NCBI RefSeq assembly: GCF_000092105.1
Contig: NC_014148.1
Span: 720,001 to 752,000 of the forward strand
Length of the DNA: 32,000 nucleotides
Direction: 5' to 3'
From: Planctopirus limnophila DSM 3776
Lineage (GTDB): Bacteria > Planctomycetota > Planctomycetia > Planctomycetales > Planctomycetaceae
Of the stretch, positions 25,301 through 32,000 are shown piece by piece. The position numbers were made by a program, and so were the translations under genes. The notes beneath the pieces were generated by a model, which saw nothing but the letters and a program-made list of their open reading frames with translations, ran no database searches and was not told the origin of the DNA. Within the stretch, counting starts at the first letter, position 1. Each line of letters opens with the position of its first letter.

Positions 25301-27935
25301 GAGTGTTGAATCCGGTGAGCGGGTGCGCATTTTGAAAGGGCATGCCGATGGAGTGCTCTCGGTCGAATTCAGCCGGGACGGCAAGCAGCTCTTGAGTACC
25401 TCGTACGATAAGTCGATCCGGCTGTGGGATGTGGAAACTGGCGAGGTTGTCAAAACGTTTGAAGGGCACAACTGGTGGGTGTGGTCCGCACGATTTTCTC
25501 CGGACGGGAAGCGGATTGTCTCGGCAGGACAGGATGGAATTGTCCTGGTTTGGGATGTGGAGAGTGGTCGGCATTTGCCACCATTTACCGGTCATGAGGG
25601 CCCGGTCTTTACCGCGACATTTGATCCTACGGGCAATTATGTGGCCAGTGGCGGTTACGACCGCACAATCCAACTCTGGAGCCCGGAAAATATTCAGCCA
25701 TTTGATTTTCGACGAGTGGCAGAAGAAGTCCAGGAGTCTTCCGAGAAAGCTGTGCTCGAAATCAGTGCCGAGCAACGCTCTGAAGCGAAAATTCTCAAAG
25801 GCCATGAAGGGGCCGTGCGTGCACTTCATTTTTCCAGAGATGGGGGTTTGCTGCTCAGTGGTGCTCAGGACAATACAGCCAGGTTATGGGAGTTGCCGCA
25901 AGGGCGAGCCACTCTCGTGCTGCGAGGCCATGATGGCTGGGTACGGGCCTGCGACTTCAGCCTGGGTGACCGGCAGATTCTGACCGCCAGCTACGATTCG
26001 ACTGTTTGCGAATGGAGTACCGATCGTTACGAAGAGTTTCGCGTGCTGAATGGTCGCGTGTTTGAAGGGCATGAAGATGCCGTACTTTCAGCCGCCTGGG
26101 CACCCAATCAGCAATCAATTGTCACAGCCGGTCGCGATCGAACAGCGCGTACGTGGAATGTCGAAACAGGCGATAAACAGTTGCAGTTCAAAGAAGGTCA
26201 TGAGTTCCTGGCTTCGAAGGCCATCTTCTTTGATGGTGGTAAACGACTGGCAACGGCAGGAGTCGATAACACATTGCGATTGTGGGAAGTCGAAACCGGT
26301 TCTCAGACAAAGCTCCTCGAACACACCGGGAGAAGTGCCGCTTTTGACATTTCAACCGATGGAAAGTGGCTGGTCACGGGAAGTGATCGCAAAGTGGTCG
26401 TACTGCGTGATCTTTCAACGTTGGAAACAATCTTTGAGCTGACCGGTCATCAGCATGAGCCCACAGCAGTGGCGATCTCACCCGATGGCAAGACAATTCT
26501 TTCAGGGGATCTGCGTGGCCGAATTCTGTTGTGGTCTCGCGAGACAGGCGGCCTTCTGGGAAAGCTGGATGGTCATTCCCGTCGTGTGCAGAAAATCATC
26601 TATGCGACGGATGGGCGTAAGGCGTACAGCGCCAGTGCAGATAACACGGTCGCGGTCTGGGATCTGGGATCGATGGCAGAGATTCGTCCGGCTGTGATGA
26701 AGCATCCGGAATCAGTGTTGACGATGGCACTTTCGCCGGATGGCAAGCAGCTCGTCACCAGTGCTGCAGATAACACTTTAAGGCTATGGTCGACGGCCGA
26801 TGCCAAGCTGGTAAGTGAATATCGCCTGCCGGAAGGGATGGTCAATTCGCTGGAAATTTCTCGTGATGGGCGTCTTCTGGCCATTGCGAATGCAGAAACA
26901 CGGCAGGCCGAGATCCTGGTACTGCCTGGGTTCAAGCGAATTCCCATGGAGATGGGAGGGTCCGTCGTTGATCTGAAAAAGCGAGGGGCATTGTTGTGGG
27001 CAGTCGCCTTTGGGCCGGAAGCTGAGACATTAATGACGATTGGTGGCACCGATGCCCGCTTATGGAACCTGCGCGATGGTCGGGAAATGATGTCGTTCAG
27101 CCCGAATGGAGTGGTGGCTTCAGCGAGGTACTCGCCTGATAATCAGTGGATTGTCACGTCGAGCTGGGATAACTCAGTGAAGGTGTGGAAAGCTGCGACT
27201 GGCGAATCGATGGTCAGGTTGGAAGGTGGGCATACGTCTGCCGTCAATATGGCCAGTTTCTCACCTGATGGTGAACTGATTCTGACAGCCAGTGACGATG
27301 GAACTGCTAAACTCTGGGACTGGAAAGCCGCACCACCGAAGGTCGTCAAAGTGCTGGGGCTGCATACAGGGCGGGTGCGCTCGGCCATTTTCAACCACGA
27401 TGGCTCGCGCATTGTGACGACATCATCCGATAAGACCGCCCGCTTGTGGGATACGACGACGGGTGAATGTCTGCAGATCTTCCAGGGGCATGAGTGGCCT
27501 GTCCTTTCTGCCGCTTTGAGTGAAGATGGAAAGTTGCTGCTGACGGGCAGTGAAGATAAGACCGCCCGCTTGTGGAATGTGGCCACCGGGAGAGAACTAT
27601 TTGTTCTGGCCGGGCACACAGCTCCCGTGACAAGCGTCGATATTTCGCCAGATGCCACCCGGCTAGTGACAGGGAGTCAGGACGAGACCGTCAAACTGTG
27701 GGATACTCGCACCTCGAACGAGATTCTGACGCTTTCACGTCATACCCAGGACGTGACGAGCGTCGCCTTCTCGCCCGATGGCCGACAGATTCTCACGGGC
27801 AGCCGGGATGGTACTGCAATTATCTGGCTGGCTCGTGAATGGCGAGATGAAGCGAAGAATGGTATCGAAAAAACTGCTCAACCGATGGAAGCCAAAGAAG
27901 CACAGGGACTTCTCAAGACGGTTGCCGCAGAGTGA
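22365..27935 (+). CDS. Receptor-type Hanks Ser/Thr protein kinase: N-terminal zinc ribbon, acidic linker, kinase domain, TM helix, coiled coil, about 21 WD40 repeats
   Basis: ATG 22365 is the first start after the in-frame TAG at 22356-22358. The N-terminus reads MLRCPSCG..x13..CSRCH. Kinase motifs present are GEGGMGVVY, VAVKMLK, HRDLKPEN, DWG, GTPAYMAPE and DVYLLGAILFEIL. The TM segment is ASVLVGAVVVVVTIAFFWI. An A/E/K/R-rich heptad-like region follows. There are many GH-x(25-30)-(D)xxxRLW(D/N/E) units. Confidence 0.95.
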   Translation: MLRCPSCGTRVTGADLVSGICSRCHSRLSDENDHSELESDTLDTMLSDPGIVEPAAASDDSLDLSGAGHPSSASLAQPEKPLPEKPSDSAMATPVLPGETISPPLRTLDASAVEFTPIESLKKDAGAQGSPVAGRETPDEFDNGGRTMVIADSSVFFADSADIVVLPEDSGSLGDSADDSSSIGQTRASDDEDVRMVTEESIDLSGSVDLSGPGDQTMISDEFPDPANGPAHGETSDDFLPAKPAAQTLAIGTPEGEADDSYMATYVADDEAERVQQERADAGATYVGPEFADLESGDTAATFVSDDVPEAIIKTIASVWGDEPSGNDVKPVTSLKGREVKRIPGPRQTLVIKHRSLTHGPGPKVGSDQAEYEVIRILGEGGMGVVYEARQTSVDREVAVKMLKSASAKNERQRQKFLAEAVVTGDLEHPNIVPIYDVGSAKDGSLFYSMKKVQGTPWLKVISKKSLIENLEILLKVADAVAFAHARGVIHRDLKPENVMLGEFGEVLVMDWGLAQPSAAFRRKDSIVENTTMGGTPAYMAPEMATGPITKVTPQSDVYLLGAILFEILTDMPPHAGKTAMKCLMAAARNEIVETDQEGELIAIALKAMATDPNDRYQSVMDFQASIREYLSHSESVQMTVRAEDDLSEAGRLGGYEGFAKALFGFEEAVELWDGNLRAKQGERKARLAYANFAIEKGDYDLAKSLLHPTEAEHQPLIKLIDEAVAEREGRQQRIRLLRRTASVLVGAVVVVVTIAFFWIRAEANRAMLAEKDATKQRDVAVKNEEAAKLARDDAEARRKEAELAKEQAIIARTAAQTAEMQAREAQSVSEKERAKAELARMAAEKAKASEEYEAYIARIGLASAKINENAFATAKELLLDCPTYLRNWEWGRLMHLCSQQSKQIQAGSPLDALDIQHEKGLFATGGWDGTARIFQLKDGAPKNVLKTQGQYVHAVAFQPQGDLIALGGSEAGAYLQLWSVESGERVRILKGHADGVLSVEFSRDGKQLLSTSYDKSIRLWDVETGEVVKTFEGHNWWVWSARFSPDGKRIVSAGQDGIVLVWDVESGRHLPPFTGHEGPVFTATFDPTGNYVASGGYDRTIQLWSPENIQPFDFRRVAEEVQESSEKAVLEISAEQRSEAKILKGHEGAVRALHFSRDGGLLLSGAQDNTARLWELPQGRATLVLRGHDGWVRACDFSLGDRQILTASYDSTVCEWSTDRYEEFRVLNGRVFEGHEDAVLSAAWAPNQQSIVTAGRDRTARTWNVETGDKQLQFKEGHEFLASKAIFFDGGKRLATAGVDNTLRLWEVETGSQTKLLEHTGRSAAFDISTDGKWLVTGSDRKVVVLRDLSTLETIFELTGHQHEPTAVAISPDGKTILSGDLRGRILLWSRETGGLLGKLDGHSRRVQKIIYATDGRKAYSASADNTVAVWDLGSMAEIRPAVMKHPESVLTMALSPDGKQLVTSAADNTLRLWSTADAKLVSEYRLPEGMVNSLEISRDGRLLAIANAETRQAEILVLPGFKRIPMEMGGSVVDLKKRGALLWAVAFGPEAETLMTIGGTDARLWNLRDGREMMSFSPNGVVASARYSPDNQWIVTSSWDNSVKVWKAATGESMVRLEGGHTSAVNMASFSPDGELILTASDDGTAKLWDWKAAPPKVVKVLGLHTGRVRSAIFNHDGSRIVTTSSDKTARLWDTTTGECLQIFQGHEWPVLSAALSEDGKLLLTGSEDKTARLWNVATGRELFVLAGHTAPVTSVDISPDATRLVTGSQDETVKLWDTRTSNEILTLSRHTQDVTSVAFSPDGRQILTGSRDGTAIIWLAREWRDEAKNGIEKTAQPMEAKEAQGLLKTVAAE
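23478..24245 (+). other. Protein kinase catalytic domain (Hanks type)
   Basis: Subdomains I-XI are recognisable. These include the Gly loop, catalytic Lys (VAVK), Glu (FLAEA), HRDLKPEN, DWG (23895-23903) in place of DFG, APE, and a conserved Arg in DPNDRYQS. Confidence 0.9.
24588..24644 (+). other. Single TM helix separating the kinase domain from the coiled coil and WD40 region
   Basis: The 19 hydrophobic residues ASVLVGAVVVVVTIAFFWI are preceded by RQQRIRLLRR. Positive charge on the kinase side supports an N-in/C-out topology. Confidence 0.8.
25090..27835 (+). repeat. WD40 repeat region with about 21 blades, enough for three 7-bladed beta-propellers
   Basis: I counted about 21 units by eye. 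Examples are GHADGVLSVEFSRDGKQLLSTSYDKSIRLWDV, GHNWWVWSARFSPDGKRIVSAGQDGIVLVWDV and GHTAPVTSVDISPDATRLVTGSQDETVKLWDT. Confidence 0.85.
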
Positions 27936-28030
27936 TGTTTTGCTGAAGGTCAACGCAGGGAACAGCGCCTGATCTCTAACTCCAGTGTGCAGTTGCATGC
28001 CGCGACGGAGTTCATGACGCCCCTCGTGAT

Positions 28031-28060
28031 GGTGTCTGGGCTTTTGTACTGACAGACACC
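28031..28060 (+). terminator. Weak candidate hairpin between the convergent kinase (+) and DUF493-like (-) genes
   Basis: GGTGTCTG(28031-28038)/CAGACACC(28053-28060) form an 8-bp stem with a 14-nt loop. No clear U-tract follows on either strand. Confidence 0.25.
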
Positions 28061-28104
28061 CATACGCAGGAGAGACATCTCATGCTTTTCAGGTTGCACA
28101 GTTC

Positions 28105-28389
28105 TCAGAGCAGCATGACGAGTCCTTCGACCGTTTGAATTTTCCGGTAAATGGCCAGAACATGGTAAGAGCTTTGAACCATAGGTTCGACAGTCAGCGA
28201 GACATGTCGGCCCTGTTTGGTTTCCCGGATGGAATGTTTGGGCACCTCGGGATGATCCAACTCGGACTGAATGGCAGTCAGAATACGGCTGGGAAAATCA
28301 TTATCGGCTTTGCCAATCACCTTGAAGGTGAACACGCACGGAAAGCTGTGCATCGCCTCCAGAAGCTCTAAAGCGGGAAAAGTTTCCAT
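28105..28389 (-). CDS. DUF493 / YbeD-like small protein (94 aa)
   Basis: The start is ATG, with AAGGAAA about 14 nt upstream. 'FPCVFTFKVIGKADNDF' resembles the FPC-x-F-x-(I/K)V(I/M)G signature I associate with the YbeD/UPF0250 family. The size of about 90 aa also fits. Confidence 0.7.
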   Translation of the reverse strand: METFPALELLEAMHSFPCVFTFKVIGKADNDFPSRILTAIQSELDHPEVPKHSIRETKQGRHVSLTVEPMVQSSYHVLAIYRKIQTVEGLVMLL

Positions 28390-28732
28390 GGGTACAGATT
28401 TCCTTTGCTAACGAAGCGGCACTGGCACTCACCGTTGATCCGTTCTCTGCGATTCTCGATCGGGCGTGAGTTTCGGCCTGTGGTGACCTTCGTTCTATTG
28501 TCGAGGCCGAAGGGAAAAACAGAATACTGAACTTCCATGATTTCTGATTTTACAGACTCCAGTAAAAATCAAACATGGTGTAGGCTATGCGAACATGCTT
28601 CGAAGAACGATCGCCTGAGATGGATCATCGATAGAAGGTGGGGCGAAGGGCTGCTGCTGGCCTCGTCTTCCTTGACTGATTCACTTTGAGATGCCTCCTG
28701 CCGACTGACACCTTGAATACGAAATGGAATGA

Positions 28733-29764
28733 ATGATGCGCGCACTCCAGCTTGTTGAACCGAGAGCTTTCCAGTTCATTGAAATTCCTGAAGTGGCAGA
28801 GCCGGGTGCAGGTGAAGCTGTGGTCGAAGTGCATCGTGTGGGAATTTGCGGCACAGACCTGAGTGGGTATCTGGGGAAGATGCCTTTCTTTTCGTATCCA
28901 CGCATACCGGGACATGAACTGGGTGTGCAGGTGCTGGCTGTGGGTGAGGGTGTCACCAATGTTAAGCCGGGGGATAAATGCTCGGTCGAGCCTTACATCA
29001 ATAACCCGGAGAGTTTTGCCAGTCGCCGAGGACGGGGGAACTGCTGTGAAGAGTTAAAGGTTCTGGGTGTGCACACGGATGGCGGATTGCGGCGGCGATT
29101 TATTGTTCCTGCCCGCAAGTTGCACCCTGCCCAGAAATTATCGTGGGAGCAGTTAGCACTCGTCGAGACATTAGCGATTGGATGCCATGCGGTCGATCGC
29201 TCGATGGCGCAGCCTCAGGAAGATGTGCTGGTGATTGGAGCCGGGCCCATTGGACTTTCCGTCATTGAGTTTGTGAAGCTGTCGCAGGCGCGTGTGATTG
29301 TGATGGACATGAATGCCCAGCGGCTGGCTTTCTGCCGGGATGTGATGGGAGTTCGTAATACGATTCTATCCACCGGGGATGGCAAAGAGCTGCAAGAACT
29401 TGAAAAGCTGACTGATGGGCATCTGGCGATGGCGGTCATCGATGCGACAGGTTCAGCCCGATCGATGTCGCAGGCCTTGCAGTATGTGGGGCATACGGGA
29501 CGACTCGTTTATGTAGGCATTACGACTGATGTCCTCTCGTTTGGGCACCCCCTGATGCACCGCCGGGAAATGACGATCATGGGTTCGAGAAATGCCATGC
29601 CTCAAGATTTTGGGCGCATTATTGATCATATTGAAGCTGGGCGGATTGATACCCGGCCCTGGATCACGCACACGATTCCGTTTGACAATGTGATTGATGA
29701 GTTTGAGCGTTTCACCAAGCCAGAAACGGGTGCAATCAAAGCCATGATTGATCTGGATTGTTGA
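28733..29764 (+). CDS. Zinc-type medium-chain dehydrogenase/reductase (alcohol, sorbitol or threonine dehydrogenase-like), probably NAD-dependent
   Basis: The protein contains GICGTDL and GHE catalytic-zinc ligand motifs. It also has 'GVTNVKPGDKCSVEP' and a Rossmann motif VIGAGPIGLSVIEF followed by 'VIVMD'. The four-Cys structural-zinc loop is not evident, only NCCEE. The start could be ATG 28733 or 28736. Confidence 0.92.
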   Translation: MMRALQLVEPRAFQFIEIPEVAEPGAGEAVVEVHRVGICGTDLSGYLGKMPFFSYPRIPGHELGVQVLAVGEGVTNVKPGDKCSVEPYINNPESFASRRGRGNCCEELKVLGVHTDGGLRRRFIVPARKLHPAQKLSWEQLALVETLAIGCHAVDRSMAQPQEDVLVIGAGPIGLSVIEFVKLSQARVIVMDMNAQRLAFCRDVMGVRNTILSTGDGKELQELEKLTDGHLAMAVIDATGSARSMSQALQYVGHTGRLVYVGITTDVLSFGHPLMHRREMTIMGSRNAMPQDFGRIIDHIEAGRIDTRPWITHTIPFDNVIDEFERFTKPETGAIKAMIDLDC

Positions 29765-29890
29765 TCCCAGTGATGCTTCCGCCAGCACGGCACACCGAGC
29801 GCTGTAAAATCCTGGCGTCTGGATCAACCTGGGGCGTGAGTGCCAATTCCCCTCTGGATCAACCACCACCACGAACAACCATTCAGGCGG

Positions 29891-30451
29891 CTATCTCTGG
29901 AAGGCATTCTGGATCGACAGCAGCATGGCCCTTTCCAGAGGAGCGTCCCGGCCGCGAGGAATCCAGCCGCTGGGTGAGGATTGACCCACGACTAAATCCA
30001 GATCGCGCTGCAAAGGCGTGTGATCCTGGAAAGTCGCGCCACCTGCGAAATTCGCAGCCCCTGCGACATCTTCGATCTCTTTGAAAGCTTCAACAGAAAT
30101 AAAATAACCTCCCTGAGCAGGGGTCACGCTGATGTAAGCTTTGCGGCGGATCGATTGTAGTGTGCTTTCCCAGCGGGAGTAGCCATCTGCCGAATCACGA
30201 TGCCAGGGCTCAAGAATCCCTGCGCCGGTTTTAAATTTGGTCTCAATCACCCCATCGATACGACTTTCCCGTTCGATTTCGAACAGGTAATCGTGTACGA
30301 CATCGACGGTAGTTTCCCACGCCTGCTCTTCATTCTGAGCCCGGACGAACAGCGGATTGCCCATCGGTTGGGCGGCTGTCTGCGGACCTCCAGCACAGCC
30401 TGCAATCAGTAGCAGACCCCAAATCGCGAGGAAGTATCTGGTCGCATCCAT
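29891..30451 (-). CDS. Hypothetical lipoprotein (186 aa from ATG 30451)
   Basis: The ORF-track start at 30460 is a TTG. The ATG at 30449-30451 gives MDATRYFLAIWGLLLIAGC, a textbook lipoprotein signal peptide with lipobox L-I-A-G-C. I recognised no family for the mature part. Confidence 0.72.
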   Translation of the reverse strand: MDATRYFLAIWGLLLIAGCAGGPQTAAQPMGNPLFVRAQNEEQAWETTVDVVHDYLFEIERESRIDGVIETKFKTGAGILEPWHRDSADGYSRWESTLQSIRRKAYISVTPAQGGYFISVEAFKEIEDVAGAANFAGGATFQDHTPLQRDLDLVVGQSSPSGWIPRGRDAPLERAMLLSIQNAFQR

Positions 30452-30637
30452 GCTGAACAATTTCCGTTTCCGCCTGGCAGATCCTTTGCGAAGCGACTGA
30501 ACTGTGGGAAATCATCACAGAATCTCGCAAAGAAGGCCAAAACCAGCAAGACGAGTTCCACCGGCAGGCATCTCCCAGGAGAAACAAAGCGGAATTCGAT
30601 AGATCACCTCAAAGCAAGGCTGCTCAATCACATAAGC

Positions 30638-30672
30638 AACGAGGGCCAGCCCCTATGGGACTGACCCTCGTT
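30638..30672 (-). terminator. Candidate stem-loop terminator downstream of the small Cys-rich gene
   Basis: AACGAGGGCCAG(30638-30649) pairs with CTGACCCTCGTT(30661-30672). On the minus-strand RNA this is a 12-bp stem with one G-U pair, whereas on the plus strand the same position is a C-A mismatch. The loop is 11 nt. The hairpin lies about 90 nt after the stop at 30763. No U-tract is present. Confidence 0.4.
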
Positions 30673-30762
30673 TCGTACCCAAATTGATTCAAGAACAAAA
30701 ACTCGACGAAATCTCAGGAGAGATCTTCGTAAGGTGTTTTCGATCAGGAGTTTAGCGAGATT

Positions 30763-31161
30763 TCAGAATGTCACGGATTCAGTGGCAGCTGCATTGGCAG
30801 GAACCAGTGCCGAAACTGGCTGCTCGATCTCGACAGTTGCCAGTGCGGCAGCGCGGCCCTTCATACTGCAGCAGCTCTGCTCTTCAGCCGTCCCCAGCAT
30901 GGCCATGGCTTCTTCGTGGTTCTGGCTCAGTGGGCAGCAACCGCCACTGCTCTTCATGGAACAGGGAGAACTTTCAACGGGTTTGCCACTGATGGCGGCA
31001 ACAATATTGGCCTGTTCGCTCCAGGCCAAGGTCCCTGCAACACCTAACCCGAGGGCTGCGAGAACGAGCAGAAAGGGCTGGCTCTTCCGGGGAGCCGTGG
31101 CTGCGGGCGATTCCACGTAGCTCAAGGTGTCGTCTGTGGGAAGATTCTGTTGATCTGACAT
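30763..31161 (-). CDS. Small single-pass membrane protein (132 aa) with duplicated Cys motifs
   Basis: The ATG is preceded by GGAG (GGAGTGAGCC-ATG). The TM segment is PFLLVLAALGLGVAGTLAW. The C-terminal part contains 'PCSMKSSGGCCPLSQNHEEAMAML' and 'EEQSCCSMKG'. I prefer this ORF over the overlapping + strand ORF 30734-31120, which has no RBS and a less protein-like sequence. Confidence 0.5.
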   Translation of the reverse strand: MSDQQNLPTDDTLSYVESPAATAPRKSQPFLLVLAALGLGVAGTLAWSEQANIVAAISGKPVESSPCSMKSSGGCCPLSQNHEEAMAMLGTAEEQSCCSMKGRAAALATVEIEQPVSALVPANAAATESVTF

Positions 31162-31521
31162 GGCTCACTCCGAAGGGAAAGGAACGGGATTAATTCATGA
31201 AGAGGGTTTAAGCTACCGCAGATAAACCGCCTTAAGTGACTGTAATTAAGAGACTTGCGCCGTGGGGGGTAGAGTCTTTTTCGGTCTTGGTTTCAGAGAT
31301 CGTTATCACGCACACAGGAGTTACCTCGGGATTGTACCAGTGAACCCGCAGAAAACCAAAAAGCATTATTTGTGAATAATCCTGTGCAGAGCCATAAGCA
31401 CACCTTTGTCGACGAACTCATGTTTCTGGGAAGAGATCAGCGGCGTGGAAAAAAAGACCTTCCGAAGATAACCGCCTGTCACACTTGGCGCTGCTCTCAC
31501 TGTTGAGATATCCTTCGCGGT

Positions 31522-31609
<88 letters not shown>

Positions 31610-32000
31610 TCCTATTGCAGTGGCATTGGGTTCATGTTGCGACCGCGTTGATTTCGGGGGCGAGGTACGATTGAACTTATCAAACGACGTGGGCTCCATA
31701 AGGCGATGTTGACCGCATTTGCCGAGAATTGCGTCCTGACGACCACCAAGAGATCTGAAAGCGGGGTCGATTCAACGCAATCCGATGGCCCAATGTAGAT
31801 TGACACGCGGGTGCCGACTGTTCTCGTCAATGTCCGCGGATCGATTCATTAGAAATTCAGTGACGGAGGCAAGGCGTGCGCCCCCGGGAGGGCGAGTGGG
31901 TTCAGGGAACTCGTGAATGAGTCTCAGCAATTCGCCGGTACTCAAGTGTTCTCCGTCTGTGCGTCCTCGCTTCCTGTACCCTTTTCTGGTGATCGTTGTC

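Noticed and set aside
27429-27575. An identical 21-nt string, gataagaccgcccgcttgtgg, at 27429 and 27555, 126 bp apart.
   Set aside because: It encodes DKTARLW in two adjacent WD40 blades (126 bp = 42 aa = one blade). This is an ordinary consequence of blade duplication and not a separate element.
28472-28511. An 8-bp inverted repeat, TTCGGCCT/AGGCCGAA, in the divergent intergenic region between the DUF493-like and dehydrogenase genes.
   Set aside because: The 24-nt spacer is long. It could be an operator or nothing, and I could recognise no matching motif, so I left it uncalled.
28625-28959. Minus-strand ORFs 28625-28915 and 28681-28959, plus assorted 60-140-aa ORFs overlapping the dehydrogenase, lipoprotein and kinase genes.
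   Set aside because: They overlap well-supported genes or their promoter regions. They lack RBSs and recognisable motifs. Their compositions are typical of off-frame translation.
30734-31120. A + strand 128-aa ORF overlapping the small Cys-rich gene.
   Set aside because: It has no RBS and its translation is Ala/Ser-rich and featureless. The minus-strand ORF has GGAG plus ATG, a clean TM helix, and a downstream hairpin that is more stable on the minus strand. The strand call still has only moderate confidence.
31772-31999. An open minus-strand frame entering from the window edge (75 codons, ending TGA 31772-31774). I considered whether it is the C-terminus of an integrase next to the tRNA.
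   Set aside because: No tyrosine-recombinase C-terminal motifs (HxLRH...Y) are visible. The fragment is too short to call. It is noted only as a reason to look beyond the window.

Overview
The window holds two very large same-strand genes with a planctomycete-like character, followed by about 4 kb of ordinary small genes. All domain calls were made by eye from the translations, with no homology search.

(1) One uninterrupted 21.7 kb ORF (435-22151, +, 7,238 aa).
- Its N-terminus has no classical signal peptide but carries an 'LQVEPLEERRVFS' motif.
- A roughly 900-aa head contains GGxGxD Ca-binding-like motifs and a pectate-lyase-like beta-helix start.
- About 17.5 kb is T/G/D/A/V-rich beta-strand rungs arranged in a hierarchy of shuffled modules.
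- The C-terminal part has a PKD-like domain, a charged stalk of about 300 aa, and a tripartite terminus (SGG, TM helix, Arg cluster).

(2) An ORF 213 bp downstream (22365-27935, +, 1,856 aa).
- It encodes a receptor-type Hanks Ser/Thr kinase.
- Its order is CxxC..CxxC zinc ribbon, acidic linker, kinase domain, one TM helix, coiled coil, and about 21 WD40 blades predicted to lie outside the cytoplasm.

The remaining genes are a DUF493/YbeD-like protein (-), an MDR zinc-type dehydrogenase (+), a lipoprotein (-), a small Cys-rich membrane protein (-) and tRNA-Ser(CGA) (+). I saw no CRISPR array, IS element, transposase, integrase, reverse transcriptase or rRNA.

Most notable observations:
- A 1,056-bp in-frame direct repeat inside the giant gene has a single mismatch, with the copies 8,265 bp apart.
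- Older paralogous modules in the same gene have diverged mostly at synonymous sites.
- The giant protein fits none of the classical giant-adhesin export architectures (TPS, autotransporter, T1SS/RTX).
- It may be functionally paired with the adjacent triple-propeller kinase.
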